Assembly (NCBI RefSeq): GCF_963921235.1 | Contig: NC_086097.1 | Location: forward strand, 39,930,001-39,994,000 | From: Mobula hypostoma | Taxonomy: Eukaryota | DNA length: 64,000 bases | Reading direction: 5' to 3' | In this document: positions 12,880 through 26,458 of the stretch, one piece after another | Position numbering within the stretch: the stretch's first letter is position 1 | Layout: the number at the start of each line of letters is the position of its first letter | Translations under genes and position numbers: made by a program | Notes under the pieces: generated by a model | Databases searched by the model: none | What the model was told of the DNA's origin: nothing | Seen by the model: only the letters and a program-made list of their open reading frames with translations

Positions 12880-15010
12880 AAATCAGGGGGCATGAAAAAA
12901 ATAATTCTCCAGCGACTGGAGTCATACCTTACACATAAGGGAGGTGAGGTGACTGTTGTTGGGGGTCAATCATTGAATCCCCAGATAATCAGTGCAGAAG
13001 CTCCTTAGGGTTGTGTCTGAGACCCAGCCATCTTCAGCTGCTTCCTCAATGATCTTCCTTCTATTAAAAGGTCAGAAGCTGCGATATTTTCTGATGATTA
13101 CTCATGTTTATTTCATTCAAAATTCTTCACCAAATGAAACAACTCCTTCTTGCACGCAGTGAGAGCCATCTCAATGGTCAAGCAGGGCCAATGGACTAAT
13201 TGGGAGAGCCTGGAAAAGAGGAAACTCAGCTGGCGTGACATCTGGGAGATGGAGGGATCTTGGCTATGTTTTGTCATCAGAGCCACTTATGACCTCCTAC
13301 TCACATCCCAGAACCTGAAAGACCCCACTTGCTCTCTTTGTCAAGCACCTGGATCACTAAGGCACATTTTAACAGGATGCACCATGAGCCTCACCCAGGG
13401 GCAGTACACTTGGCAGCATAACCAAGTTCTCAGGCAGCTGGCATCAATCTTGGAACAGAGGCGAATCACCACAAATGCTCTCCCACAAACATTGGCAGGA
13501 AATGTCCTCATCACACGATTTGTACCAGCAGGCCAACCTCCAGAACACCATATAACATCAAAAGATGTAAGCATTCTGCAGGTTGCATGCGATTGGAAAA
13601 TGGATGTGGACCTGGAAAAAAGCTTGTGTTTCCCCAAGACATTGCGGCTACAATACTCCGGCCAGACATAGTCCTGTGGTCCACAAAAGCCAAGCTGGCA
13701 TATGTTGTGGAATTGACAATAACATGGGAAGATGGTTTCAAAGAAGCTTGTGAGAGGAAAAAGACCAAGTACTCTGAACTGGCAATGGAAGCTGCCCAGA
13801 ATGGCTGGAAGACCAAGATTTTCCCTGTAGAATTGGGATGCAGGGGATTCGTTGCTACATCTACGACCAGTCTATTGAGGAAGATGGGGGTGAGGGGTCA
13901 CTCCCTCCAACAAGCAATCAAGTCCTTGTCAAATGCAGCAGAAGAAAGCAGCAATTGGATTTGGATTAAAAGGAACGACAACAACTGGGCTGCAGGAGGG
14001 TATGGAACTGAGGGGGGTGTATCTGGGACGCCAGGTAGCACCATTGAGCCCTCTGGAGATGTTGTGGGCTTGTCAACAAAACGTCAAAGAAGGAGGGTGT
14101 CCACCTGATGACCCTGATGACGTACCTACCCTCTCTCCTTGTCACGACTTCAAGCCCACTGCCAACATCGAGAGTGCCGACTTACCATAGGGATTGAAAC
14201 ATAAAGTCCTAGTAGCTCTACTGACACTGTTCAAGCATGGGGTGATATTTGACAAGCAATGCTAATGACACAAAGTGCTAGATAAAGACCAGGTTCAAAT
14301 CAGAAAGTCTAACCATTTTGACAATCAGAGACATTACTTCAGCAAATCCTGGGTTAACCTCTGACCAGAAACTCATCATAACTACCATGCAGAGTTCAGA
14401 GGCTAGGTGTCTGATTGTAACTCACCTCCTGATACACCCTCGTCTTTCCACTATCTACAAAATATCAAGAAGGGAGCATGATGGAATTCTCCTCATTTGC
14501 CTGGATAATGTACTTCTCAGGAATTTGACAACACCTGGAGTAAAGAAGTCAGCTTGCGTGGCAACCCTTTCACCATCCTAAGCATTCATTCCATTCAACA
14601 TTGGTGCACAGTTAATACCAGCTAGAAATTGCATGAATCACCTCCCAAATACACAATGTCTGCCATCAAGAGTATCAGCGGCAGCAGGCAACTAGGAACA
14701 CTATTGGCTGCAGATTTTCCATCGAGTTGCGTATGATCCTGACTTGGAAATGCAGTATATAACCAACCTCTCATCATCACTGGGTCCAATTCCTGGAACT
14801 CCTTCCACAACATGGGAGTTGCTTCTTTTAAACTCTCTCTCCCTCTATGCAATCCAATGTCTCCTCGGGAACTGTGGTGAGCAAAATGTGCCGACTGCCC
14901 CTGCCATGCAAGTGCCTTCACCAGAATAATGGCAGAGGTTCAAAATGGCTCACCACCATCTTCCCGTAGGTACTTGGGATGGAAAAGAAATGCTGACCTC
15001 AGCAGTAGCT
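12880..15010 (+). mobile_element. Old CR1-group LINE fragment interrupted by a Hero element
   Basis: A degenerate RT core (QG/PxIFSCFLNDLP/ADD-like) at ~13000-13105; LINE-like sequence resumes after 14225. Confidence 0.6.
13152..14222 (+). mobile_element. Hero-like (R2 superfamily, restriction-like endonuclease) LINE 3' fragment
   Basis: CSLC...HILTGC zinc knuckle, QHNQVL, RPDIVLWS...VVELTITWE...RKKTKY (PD-(D/E)xK-type RLE). One frameshift. Confidence 0.85.
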
Positions 15011-15611
15011 AGAATTTGCGGAGCCGCACAGCCAGAATGGGACACAATTCTAGGTGTGATTTCTGAAATAGTTTGTTTGTGAACCCTGCTGGGACATTTG
15101 GCAAGGAACCATGACAAAGTTTGCTTCATCCTCTGTTAAATCTTGATAAATACTTCCTATATTCATGAGATGATAAACAGTAGATGGCAACAGTTGTGGT
15201 GTTTAGTATGGTATTTGATAATCAAAATTACTTCTGTCTTTAGAGCAGCTGAAATCAATATCACAGAAAAAGTATGGATAACTTCTCCTTGAAGTTACAA
15301 ACAACAGCTGGACCAGAATAATGAGCAAAAACTGAGCATGGAATTGAAAATAAATTTTGATATTTTGATTATCTGTCATTGTCTGATGCACCAGCTTGTT
15401 GCTTAAAAGTGAAGTTGCACTCCCATTTTTTCAGCAATGTAGAGAAGTTTCAGAATGCATATCAATATGAGTATAACATTATCGATTGGATCTGGGGGCT
15501 GCTGTGGTCTTTGAACAGACCAAAGGCAAGTAGATGAAATTTTGTCCAGAGTACATCCCATTTTTAATCAGATGCAAAACCACATTCCACAGATGCCTCT
15601 CAACCCACAAG

Positions 15612-15830
15612 ACCATTTTGTGTGTCAGTTCCTGAGGAGATATTGGATTGTGCAGAGGGAAAGAGAGTTTAAAAGAAGCAGACGGGAGTAGTCAGCACAT
15701 TTTGTGTACCACAGTTCCCGAGGAGACATTGGATTGAAAAGAGGTTGAAACAGTTTAAAAGAAGCAAGCAGGGTCAGACAGTACATTTTACCCACTACAG
15801 TTCCTGAGGAGACATTAGATTGCATATAAT
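15612..15830 (+). repeat. 86-bp tandem monomers immediately upstream of CR1 ORF1
   Basis: cagttcc(t/c)gaggaga(t/c)att(g/a)gattg at 15626, 15712 and 15798. Confidence 0.85.
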
Positions 15831-16609
15831 TAGGCACTTGGCAAGATCTAATAAAAACAATTTAGCTTTAAGTGGAAAGGCCAATATGCTAGAGTGGGGA
15901 GTTGAGGCTTTGGCTCATTGAGGCTTCAGAGAGGAGAAGCATAGGCAGTAGGTAGATTTTCTTCTTCATTATTTATTTTTTCTTTCTTTCTTACTGGACT
16001 TTTAGAGCAGTGGGGATGCCAGGCAGGGTGGTCGAATGTTCCTGTTGTGGGATGTGGGAGGGGAGGGAGACCTCCAGTGTCCTTGACGACTACAACTGTG
16101 AGAAGTGTATCCAGCTGCAGCTTCTAACAGACAATGTTAAGCAGCTGAAGCTGGAACTGGATGAACTCCGGATTATTTGGGAGGCTGAGGGGTTGATAGA
16201 CAAGACATCAAGGAGAAGTTACACCCAAAGTGCAGGACACAGGTAACTGGGTGTCAAACAGAAGGGACAGAGCTGATATGCAACCAGTACTGAATACCCT
16301 TGTAACGGTTCCCATCAAATGCCAGGTCTACCATTTTGGACACTCTTGAGGGGATGATCTAGCAGAGGAAAGCCACAGTGGTCTGGTCTCTGGCACTGAG
16401 TCTGGCTCAGTGGCTCAGAAAGGAAAGGGGGAGAAGAGGTGAGACGTAGTGATGGGGGATTTATTGGTTAGGGGAACAGAAAGGAGGTTCTGTGGACAAG
16501 AGTGAGATTCTTGGATAATATGTTGCCTCCCAGATGCCAAGGTCAGAGACATCGTGGATTGAGTCCACAGCATGCTTAAGTGAGAAGATGAGCTGCCAGT
16601 GGTCATCTG

Positions 16610-17183
16610 TACCAGTACTAGGTAGCGGCAAACGGCCGGACCTACTTAGTAAACATGTGGACACAGAGACGGTTCCCAACACTAGGTAGCGGCAAACAGC
16701 CAGACCTACCTAGCGAAGGCGTAGACAAAGAAACAGTTCCAACTCAACAGTAGACAGTTCCTTAACTTGACACAGCAATGCTCTCGTCTCGCTCCAGTGG
16801 TAGAACTTGACAAGGTTGCAGGCAAGGCTCCACACATAGGTTGCAGAAGGAAGGGAAAGGGAAGGGACCAGTCCAGCCTCAGGGTAATGGCAAAGACAGC
16901 CTGGCTTACCCAGCGGAGGTAAGGACAGGAAGGGACAGATCCAACCACAGGGTAATGGCAAAGACATTCTGACTTACCCCACAGAGGCAAGGACGGGATA
17001 CTGACAAGACAAACCAGCACCCACACTCGATCCCAGGGACGCTTATATTCCCAGCCCCAAGACGAGCATCAGTTTCCTATGATTAAGCCCAACTGAAACA
17101 AGGGACAGCCGGAAGACCCAGGGTCCGGAGTCCACGTCTAGACCGTGAACTGGAGTGCGGACTTCATGGACTGGACCATGACA
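16610..17183 (-). mobile_element. Truncated LTR of the 43937/58842 family, inside CR1
   Basis: Ends in ggaccatgaca, matching the termini of the other two copies; shares the ctgacttacccc internal repeats. Confidence 0.8.
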
Positions 17184-19293
17184 GTTGTAAGAAACATCAG
17201 GTTGTGATAGAAGGTGATTTTTACCTTTTCACATATTGACTGGGACTCCCATACTGTAAAAGGGCTGGATGGGAAAGAGTTTGTCAAATGTGTTCAGGAA
17301 AGTTTTGTTAATCAGTACATAGAAGTCCCAATTAGAGAGAGTGCAATACTAGATCTCCTCTTAAGCAATGAGACAGGGCAGGTGACAGAAGTGTATGTTT
17401 GGGAGCACTTTGCATCTTGTGATCATAATGCCTTTGCTTTCAAGGTAATTATGGAAAAGGACTGGTCTGGTGTTCAGTTGCGATTCTGAATTGGAGAAAG
17501 GCCAATGTTGATGGTATCATTAAGGATCTGGCAAGTGTGGATTGGGACAGATTGTTTTCTGGCAAAGGTATACTTGGTAAATGGGAGGCCAAAAGTGAAA
17601 TTTTGAGAGTACAGAGTTTGTATGCTTCTGACAGAACAAAAGGCAAAGATTACAAGTTTAGGGAATCTTTGTTTTCAAGAGATATTGAGGCCCTGGTTAA
17701 GAAAAAGGAGGAGGTGCATTGCAGATATAGGCAGGTATGAACAAATGAGGTACTTGAGGCATATAAGTAAAGCAAGAGGACACAAGGAAATCAGAGTGCT
17801 AAGTGAAGGCATGAGGTTGCTCTAGCAGACAAGTTAAAGGGGAATTCTAATGGCTTCTACAGATGTACAGTATTCAGAGAAAAAGGATAACAGGGGACAA
17901 AATTGGTCCTCCAGAGGATAAGAGTGATCATCTAGGCGTGGAACTGAAAGAAATGGGAGGGATCTAAAATGGATTTTTTGCTTCTGGATTTACTTGGGAG
18001 ACGGAAACAGTCTATAGAAGTGAGGCAAAGCAACAGCAAGGTCAGAGACCCTCTACAGATTACAGAGGAGGTGTTTGCTGCCTTGAGGCAAATGGAGCAT
18101 TCTCCAGGGCCTGACAAGGTGATCCCTCGGACCCTGTGGAAAGCTAGTACAGAAATTGCAGGGACCCTAGAAGAAATACTTAAAACAACCTTGAATACAG
18201 GTGAGGTGCTGGAGAATTGGAGGATAGCTAATGTTGTTCTGTTGTTTATGAAAGGCTCTAAGAATAAGCCAGGAATTTATAGGCCAGTGAGCCTGACATC
18301 AGTAGTGGGAAGGTTATTGGAAGGTATTCCAAGGGATCGGATATATAAGTATGTGGATAGACTGATCTTATAAAGTTTTACAAGGAAGTTACCAGAAAAG
18401 GCAGTAGATGTTGTCTACATGGACCTTAGCAAGATGTTTGACAAAGGAGGTTAGTCAGGGAGATTCAGTCACTTGGCATTAAAAATGAGGTAGTAAATTG
18501 GATTAGACATTAGCTTTGTGGGAGAAGTCAGAAGGTGGTAGTAGATGGATGCCTCTCTGACTGGAGGCTTGTGACTAGTCACGTGCTGCAGGGATCGGTG
18601 CTGGGTCCATTGTTCTTTGTCATCTATATCAATGATCTGGAGTAGCAAATTTGTGGATGACATCAAGTCTGGTGGTGTACTGAACAGCAAGGAAGACTAT
18701 CAAAATTCACAATGGAATCTGGACCATCTGGAAAAATGGGCTGAAAAATGGCAGATGGAATTTAATACAGGTAAGTATGAGGTGTAGTATTTTGGGAGGA
18801 ACTTCCAGGGTACGTCCATAGTAAATGGTAGGGAACTGAGGAGTTGGGATGTTAAGTTAAAATTGTATAGGACATTGGTGTGGCCTAATTTGGAGTTTAG
18901 TGAGCAGTTCCAGTCACCTACCTGCAAGAAATAAGATTAAAAGAATGCAAAGAAAATTTACAAAAATGTAGCTGGGACTTGAAAACCTGAGTTATAGGGA
19001 AAGGTTGAAGAGGTTCTGACTTAATTCCTTGGAATATAGAAGTCTGAGGGGAGATTTGATAGAGGTATACAAAATTATGGGGGGTATCAATAGGGTAAAT
19101 GCCAACAGGCTTTTTCCACTGAGGTTGGTTGGGACTAGAACTAGAGGTCATGGGTTAAGGGTGAAAGGTTAAATGTTTAAAGGGAATAATGAGGAGGGAA
19201 CTTCTTCACAAAGGGTGGTGAGAGTGTGGAACAAGCAGCCAGCAGAAGTGGTGGATGTGGGTTCAATTTCAACAATTAAGGGAAATCTGGATA

Positions 19294-19949
19294 TATTTAT
19301 TTATAACGTTGTGTTTATTTATATTGGAGATATATATATATATATATATTTGAATAGGTTTCTGGTTCCTTAAGGTTGTCATAGTAGGGGGAGGTAGTGG
19401 GAATAACCTTCAAGTGGTGTGCCTCTCAAATAGTAAATAGCCTCTGACCAAGTCCAGCTCCTGGATTTCACTTGTGGCTTTGCTACTGAGCCCAGCGGAA
19501 TTGTTTCTACTGACAGGAGAATGGGCAAATGCAGTTTACTGGTGCCTTCAAATCAGTCACTTTGGGTAGAATGAGCTCATAGGCCATGGTTAGCAGCTCA
19601 TCTGGGAGAAGGGCCTCTCTGATCTCAAACCTCTGCTGCCTTGCAGCTGTCCACTCATGGGGGAAACTTTGGGAGTTAACCCTCATGGAAAATCCAGAGC
19701 TGTGGTCCCTAAGGCAGTTCTACGTTGAAAGCAGTGCTGACTAGCAACTCCTGAGATGTTGCTGGTGCCAAACCAGACCAGTTTCTGCCATTCCTTTGGA
19801 TTCATCAGCTGTACATCGAGGGGGCGCCTGCTATGCTGGTAACACGTTGCTCTCTGTATTGTACTGCCCTGGCTTGCAACTAGCCTGCATATCACATAGA
19901 CAGCTGTGGTACAATAGCCATGGTTGACCCCAGCAACAGAGGGCTTCAT
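19294..19949 (+). mobile_element. Non-coding ~0.6 kb retro-insertion, probably RTE 5'-derived
   Basis: Colinear with 33550-34148. It interrupts the CR1 3' end with tggata on both sides. The RTE assignment rests on motif resemblance only. Confidence 0.55.
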
Positions 19950-21454
19950 TGGATAGGTACATGGATGGGAGGGGTATGGAGAGTTGTGATCCAGCTACTG
20001 GTCGGTGGGACTAGGCAGATAAATGGTTTGGCACGGACTAAATGTGTCGAAGGACCGGTTTCTGTGCTGTAGTGTTACATGACTCTAACCATGCAGAGGT
20101 GATCCATTTGGCCTTTTGGTGATCATACCAAATGATACGTTCATGTCTTCAAGTCTATGAAATAGCGGAAGGTCCTTTACATAATTATCAAACATTTTAA
20201 GTTAGCTTTAGCTCATGAGATCCCATACACAAATGCATAGAACTTCAGTCACTCACTGAGGATAAGCCCTTGTGTGTTGATGAACAATGCATCACAGTTT
20301 TTGACTTAAGACTGATAACTGCAGGATAACTATACTCAATATTTTCAAATTCAGTAATTTTCTTCTTTTTTTATTCTTTAATAGTGAAGACGTACAGTAT
20401 GCAATACCTGAACTCCCCACCTCTCTCTGAGAAATCATAACATTTGTTCTTTGGGAGGTAGGAGAAGATTCACAATTAGACAATCAAACCTGTTCTTCAG
20501 AGATTACAGGGAGGTCTAGGGCATAGTCCTTCAGCAATTGTTCGGGTAACTCTTCCACATCAGAAGCAGTAAGGCTCTTCATTTGCTAGCTCTTCCATTT
20601 CTCACAGAGCTAAATATAAAACAAAATATAATTCTAAAAGTTCCCTTCTTGGAGAGTTGGTGTTGGACTGATTGAAACTCAGGCTGATACTCGAGGATCA
20701 GATTTATTTCCAAAACCAAGAGATTAATCAAACTGATGGCTTCTGAACTGAACAACACTAACGGTGGCCTTTTGTGGACACAGAAAATAAACCCATTATA
20801 AATAAAAGCACTTAAGCATAGATGTAATATGAACAATATGACAAGCAGCAGCACTAAGTGCAGTTAAAGTGTGAGATAGAAGTGCATTTAAAGAAAGTGG
20901 TTGGATTGAAGCAGAGGTCTTCAATTTAGAAGATAGATTTTATTGACTCTGGTGAGCATTGCAGTTGAGCTAATTATGGTGGTAGCAACAGACCTACTTA
21001 CTTGCAAGATGCAATTTAGTTGTGATTGTGTAAGCCTTCAACACAACAAACTCTTTTTGGTACAAATGATACACCTTTCTGCTTGTGTTTCTGTGGTTTT
21101 TAGATTGGTAGTTATAAATGAAGATCTGTTATGGAAAGTTCCTGGCTAAGGTGTTTGATTTGGTCCTAACAGTGAGATATACAATATCCCACAGTTCTAC
21201 ATAGTCTACATGTGCTCACTAAGTTATTAAAGCAGAGATACCATGGAAACCCAGTTTAAAAAAAAACAAACAGGCTTACCTTCTGAAATTGCTGAGAATG
21301 GCAACGTGAGACTCGTTTATATCCACAAGGAACAAATGGTGAGGCTTTGTGATGCGACATGTGTGATGCAAGCACGTCACAAACTGGGCTCGAAGAAGCA
21401 ATGCCCATAACACTGCTGAGAAAACTGTTCACAGTGAGTCTACCCATTCACATC

Positions 21455-21590
21455 CAGTCCTGAGGAAGGCTCTCGGCCTGAAATGTCGACGGTTTACTCT
21501 TTTCCATAGATGCTGCCTGGCCTGCTGAGTTCCTCCAGCATTTTGTGTGTGTTGCTTGCGTTTCCAGCATCTGCAGATTTTCTCTTGTTT
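21455..21590 (+). mobile_element. Ribozyme-headed PLE mini-insertion with tail
   Basis: cagtc-CTGAGGA-aggctctcggcct-GAAA-tgtc-gac, then the PLE 3' end and the tail ttccagcatctgcagattttctcttgttt. Confidence 0.8.
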
Positions 21591-22469
21591 GTGATCACAC
21601 TTCAGTTTTGTTGCCTGTCAAAACTGCCAAGTTCCTTCATTCCTTTAACAGGCAAGGACATTAAAAAACTTTTAAAATTAAGGAAACAATTAAGCAATGT
21701 GAAAACACACAGGAAATGGTTAAAACACAATTAACTAATTTAAAACACTACAGCAAACACAATGTTAAAATATATTTAATTTCTCAACTTTCTTCCTCAA
21801 ACTTCTATAGTCTTATGGTCTTAATGCTAAAAAATAGATTAGCAAGATTTTTAAACTTGTATCTTGCACTTTGCCTTGTACAATTTACCTTGCTCTTTGC
21901 CAAGTGCGTGATAACAATCGATTTTAAAGGGATTATTTGACATCTGATTAAATGATTTCTGCTTGACATAATGTTAATGTCATGTCATTTTTGAAATTTA
22001 ATTTTCACATTATGTTTCTAGGGTCAATTTTAATTTATTGTATGTTAATAATTATGTTCATAATTATGCTGTCTCTGCTTGAATTAATTCTGGAAGTTTG
22101 GAAGGAAATTTGACCTTAAAACTACAAAAAAAGCATTACAAAATCTGAAGGTGTTTTTTTCTTGAATAGTGGTGACCATTTTAATCTTGAGCTTGTTTCA
22201 GTACACTTTCCAGAGGAAAATTTCTTTCGTATTAAGCTGATTGACCTGCCAACAAATGACTTCCCACAGAAAGTGGGTGGTCAGTAGTTACCCATCAGAA
22301 GGAAGTCAGGTGGTCGAGATTGCCATGGGCCCTGAGCCTTGCATTAGGTGCTTAGCATAAGACAGGGAAAGATCCCTGTTCTTCAGTATAGGATCAACAA
22401 TGGACATTGTTAATTTGAACTAATTTAAACTCCCTTCAGACTTATTTTAGGCTGAGATTTCAAATATTT

Positions 22470-22995
22470 ACTGTTCAAAACTCAAAGTAAATTTATTATC
22501 AAAGTACACATATGTCAGTATATGCTACCCTGAGATTTGTTTTCTTGCGAGCATTCACATTAAGTACAAGAAACACAATAGAATCAGAGAAAGACTGCAT
22601 CCAGCAGGATGGGCAAGCAATCATGTGCAAACGACAACAAACAGCGCAAATGCAAAAAGAAAGAAAAAATATTAAATAAACAAACAATAAATATTGAGAA
22701 CATGAGATGAGGATGTCTTGAAAGTGAGTCCATAGATTGAGAGAACATTTCAGCGATGGTGCGAGTGAAGTTGAGCAAAGTTATCCCCACTGGTTCAAGA
22801 GCCTGATGGTCAGAGGGGTAATAATTTTCCCTGAACCTGGTGGAGGGGGTCCTGAGGCTCTTGAACCTTCCTCCTTTTGGCAGCAGCAAGAAGAGAGCAT
22901 GCCCTGGAAGTTGGGTCTTCTTGATAATAGATGTTGCTTTCGTACAACAACACTCCATGTAGACGTGCTCAATAGTGGAGAGGGCTTTACTGCTT
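22470..22995 (-). mobile_element. Rex1/Babar-like LINE 3' fragment
   Basis: KATSIIK...PGHALFLLLP.G.RF..LRT motif; same 3'UTR as 9740-10260. Confidence 0.8.
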
Positions 22996-24552
22996 GAGGG
23001 GACCCACCAGGGTCTGTAACTGATCAGTCTGATGATTAGGAAGCTTGAGTCTCAGTATCAGCGGGGAGTTTGGGTCTACCTGTTCTAGCATAGATGTCAT
23101 TCTCTATAGCTAGTTTGAGCTTGCCTACATTTCTGTATTATTTTAAATAGCAGAACCTTCTGATTAGCAAGGCAGTTAAGAGCAATATATTCTAAATGGT
23201 TATGGCAATATTTTCTAAGTGGTAAAGGACAGAGAAAGTAGGTATCTTTATCCAGGCTCAAATAGCTCTCAACTGTAATGAAGATAAAGAGAGATTTTTT
23301 CTTTATTCCTTCTTAACCCACCTCCATTCCCTAAACAAAATACAAAGCTACGGTATTGTAGCTCTAGGCAGAACATTGAAGTTGTAGCCATGACAAATGG
23401 GATTGGGTTTTATTGAGGATCACAGATACTTTATCATCTTGTCCACATCCTGGCATCATTAGGGCATTGCTATATACTTTGGGTGTAATCACCAAGCAGA
23501 ATATTTGTAGCTGAAATGAACTAGGAGACACACACAGACTGGAGATGGATGAGAACCTTTAGGGACAATGCTATTTGACTGTTATTGATTTTGGTTTGCT
23601 GTGAGCAACGTTTGCTGTCGAACCAAAGCTCTGACTGAACTCTAACAAGGAGCTCACAGCATCAAGCTGGTGAGTATCAATCACTTCCCCTGAATCTAGC
23701 ATTGGCAATTTAATGCATTGAGTGATCATTCTGCCCTTCGGACAGTTTAGACCAACAAGCATTTAGAGAGTCCAGGTAATTGGAAAAAAGTTGGTATCAG
23801 ACAAATGTCAAACAATTTTCATCTGTATTTATTCAAAGTAGAGGAGGTGGTGGAATCACATACAATAAATACATTTGGGAAATACACTATTTAGACAGGT
23901 ACTTGAATAGGGAAGAAGGGTACGGAAGTAATGTGGATTAGTATAGATGGTCAAAAAGGTTGCTATGGATGAGGTAGGCTGAAGAACTTGTTTCTGTGCT
24001 GCACAAGTCGAAGACTCTATGATACATTGTTTTTAAACATTGTAACATTACTTCTATGCTATTATATTCTGTGCCCTAACTAATGAAGATGTGCCCCCCG
24101 TTCCACAATAATCACGAGGCCCTAGCCTTCATTCTGTTTGGCTTGGCCTTATTAGTCCTCTTAAAATTCATCACCTCACATTTATCAGGATCAAATTCTG
24201 TCATTACTTCTGTCAATTTTACCAACTGATCGATACTTTCCTGTAGCATAAGATGAGCTTCCTCATAATTAACATGACTACTGATTTTTATGTCATCTGT
24301 AAATTTATTAACCATTACCTCCTACATTCACATCCAGGTCATTAATCTATACTTCAAATTCTGGTCACAGTCTCTGATTACAAAAACATCTCTTGACTAT
24401 AAGCATATAACTGAACTAGTTTCAGATCTGTTTACCCAACTTGACCTAAATTGCAAACAACAGGAATTCTGCAGATGCTGGAAATTCAAGCAACATACAT
24501 CAAAGTTGCTGGTGAACGCAGCAGGCCAAGCAGCATCTATAGGAAGAGGCGC

Positions 24553-24588
24553 AGTCGACGTTTCAGGCCGAGACCCTTCGTCAGGACT
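24553..24588 (-). ncRNA. Minimal type I hammerhead ribozyme motif (intact)
   Basis: Minus strand reads agtc-CTGACGA-agggtctcggcct-GAAA-cgtc-gact. Confidence 0.8.
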
Positions 24589-26422
24589 AACTGAAGGAAG
24601 AGTGAGTAAGGGATTTGAAAGCTGGAGGGGGAGGGGGAGATGCAAAATGATAGGAGAAGACAGGAGGGGGAGGGATAGAGCCGAGAGCTGGACAGGTGAT
24701 AGGCAAAAGGGGATACAAGAGGATCATGGGACAGGAGGTCCGGGAAGAAAGACGGGGGGGGGCGACCCAGAGGATGGGCAAGAGGTATATTCAGAGGGAC
24801 AGAGGGAGAAAAAGGAGAGTGAGAGAAAGAATGTGTGCATAAAAATGAGTAACAGATGGGGTACGAGGGGGAGGTGGGGCCTAGCGGAAGTTAGAGAAGT
24901 CAATGTTCATGCCATCAGGTTGGAGGCTACCCAGACGGAATATAAGGTGTTGTTCCTCCAACCTGAGTGTGGCTTCATCTTTACAGTAGAGGAGGCCGTG
25001 GATAGACATGTCAGAATGGGAATGGGATGTGGAATTAAAATGTGTGGCCACTGGGAGATCCTGCTTTCTCTGGCGGACAGAGCGTAGATGTTCAGCAAAG
25101 CGGTCTCCCGGTCTGCGTCGGGTCTCGCCAATATATAAAAGGCCACATCGGGAGCACCGGACACAGTATATCACCCCAGTCGACTCACAGGTGAAGTGAT
25201 GCCTCACCTGGAAGGACTGTTTGGGGCCCTGAATGGTGGTAAGGGAGGAAGTGTAAGGGCATGTGTAGCACTTGTTCCGCTTACACGGATAAGTGCCAGG
25301 AGGGAGATCAGTGGGGAGGGATGGGGGGGACGAATGGACAAGGGAGTTGTGTAGGGAGCGATCCCTGCGGAATGCAGAGAGAGGGGGGGAGGGAAAGATG
25401 TGCTTAGTGGTGGGATCCCGTTGGAGGTGGCGGAAGTTACGGAGAATAATATGTTGGACCCGGAGGCTGGTGGGGTGGTAGGTGAGGACCAGGGGAACCC
25501 TATTCCTAGTGGGGTGGTGGGAGGATGGAGTGAGAGCAGATGTGCGTGAAATGGGGGAGATGCGTTTAAGAGCAGAGTTGATAGTGGAGGAAGGGAAGCC
25601 CCTTTCTTTAAAAAATGAAGACATCTCCCTCGTCCTAGAATGAAAAGCCTCATCCTGAGAGCAGATGCGGCGGAGACGGAGGAATTGCGAGAAGGGGATG
25701 GCGTTTTTGCAAGAGACAGGGTGAGAAGAGGAATAGTCCAGATAGCTGTGAGAGTCAGTAGGCTTATAGTAGACATTCAGGGCCCCAAACAGTCCTTCCA
25801 GGTGAGGCAACACTTCACCTGTGAGTCGACTGGGGTGATATACTGTGTCCGGTGCTCCCGATGTGGCCTTTTATATATTGGCGAGACCCGACGCAGACTG
25901 GGAGACCGCTTTGCTGAACATCTACGCTCTGTCCGCCAGAGAAAGCAGGATCTCCCAGTGGCCACACATTTTAATTCCACATCCCATTCCCATTCTGATA
26001 TGTCTATCCACGGCCTCCTCTACTGTAAAGATGAAGCCACACTCAGGTTGGAGGAACAACACCTTATATTCCGTCTGGGTAGCCTCCAACCTGATGGCAT
26101 GAACATTGACTTCTCTAACTTCCGCTAGGCCCCACCTCCCCCTCGTACCCCATCTGTTACTCATTTTTATGCACACATTCTTTCTCTCACTCTCCTTTTT
26201 CTCCCTCTGTCCCTCTGAATATACCTCTTGCCCATCCTCTGGGTCCACCCCCCCCCCGTCTTTCTTCCCGGACCTCCTGTCCCATGATCCTCTCGTATCC
26301 CCTTTTGCCTATCACCTGTCCAGCTCTCGGCTCTATCCCTCCCCCTCCTGTCTTCTCCTATCATTTTGCATCTCCCCCTCCCCCTCCAGCTTTCAAATCC
26401 CTTACTCACTCTTCCTTCAGTT

Positions 26423-26458
26423 AGTCCTGACGAAGGGTCTTGGCCTGAAACGTCGACT
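26423..26458 (+). ncRNA. Minimal type I hammerhead ribozyme motif (intact)
   Basis: agtc-CTGACGA-agggtcttggcct-GAAA-cgtc-gact; predicted cut after C26454. Confidence 0.8.

Larger units (their letters stand above)
15605..20087 (+). mobile_element. Near full-length decayed CR1 LINE with nested insertions
   Basis: ORF1 CxxC zinc finger (VECSCCGMWE...CEKCIQLQLL) and a GDxxVRG esterase-like motif. ORF2 reads GDF-FSHIDW, SPGPDK and YRPVSLTSVVG. The 3'UTR resumes at 19950. Confidence 0.88.

Noticed and set aside
14060..14125. gaaa/cgtc and ctgatga motifs in the Hero 3'UTR (also 54225-54275) as a hammerhead
   Set aside because: I could not form stem I or a stem II adjacent to the core boxes.
15612..15830. 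CRISPR-like repeat-spacer array (also 59420-59600)
   Set aside because: The intervening sequences are homologous to each other, the context is eukaryotic TE, and no cas genes are present.
23562..23605. Kinase-like VIDFGL peptide
   Set aside because: A stop follows immediately and no other kinase motifs are nearby.
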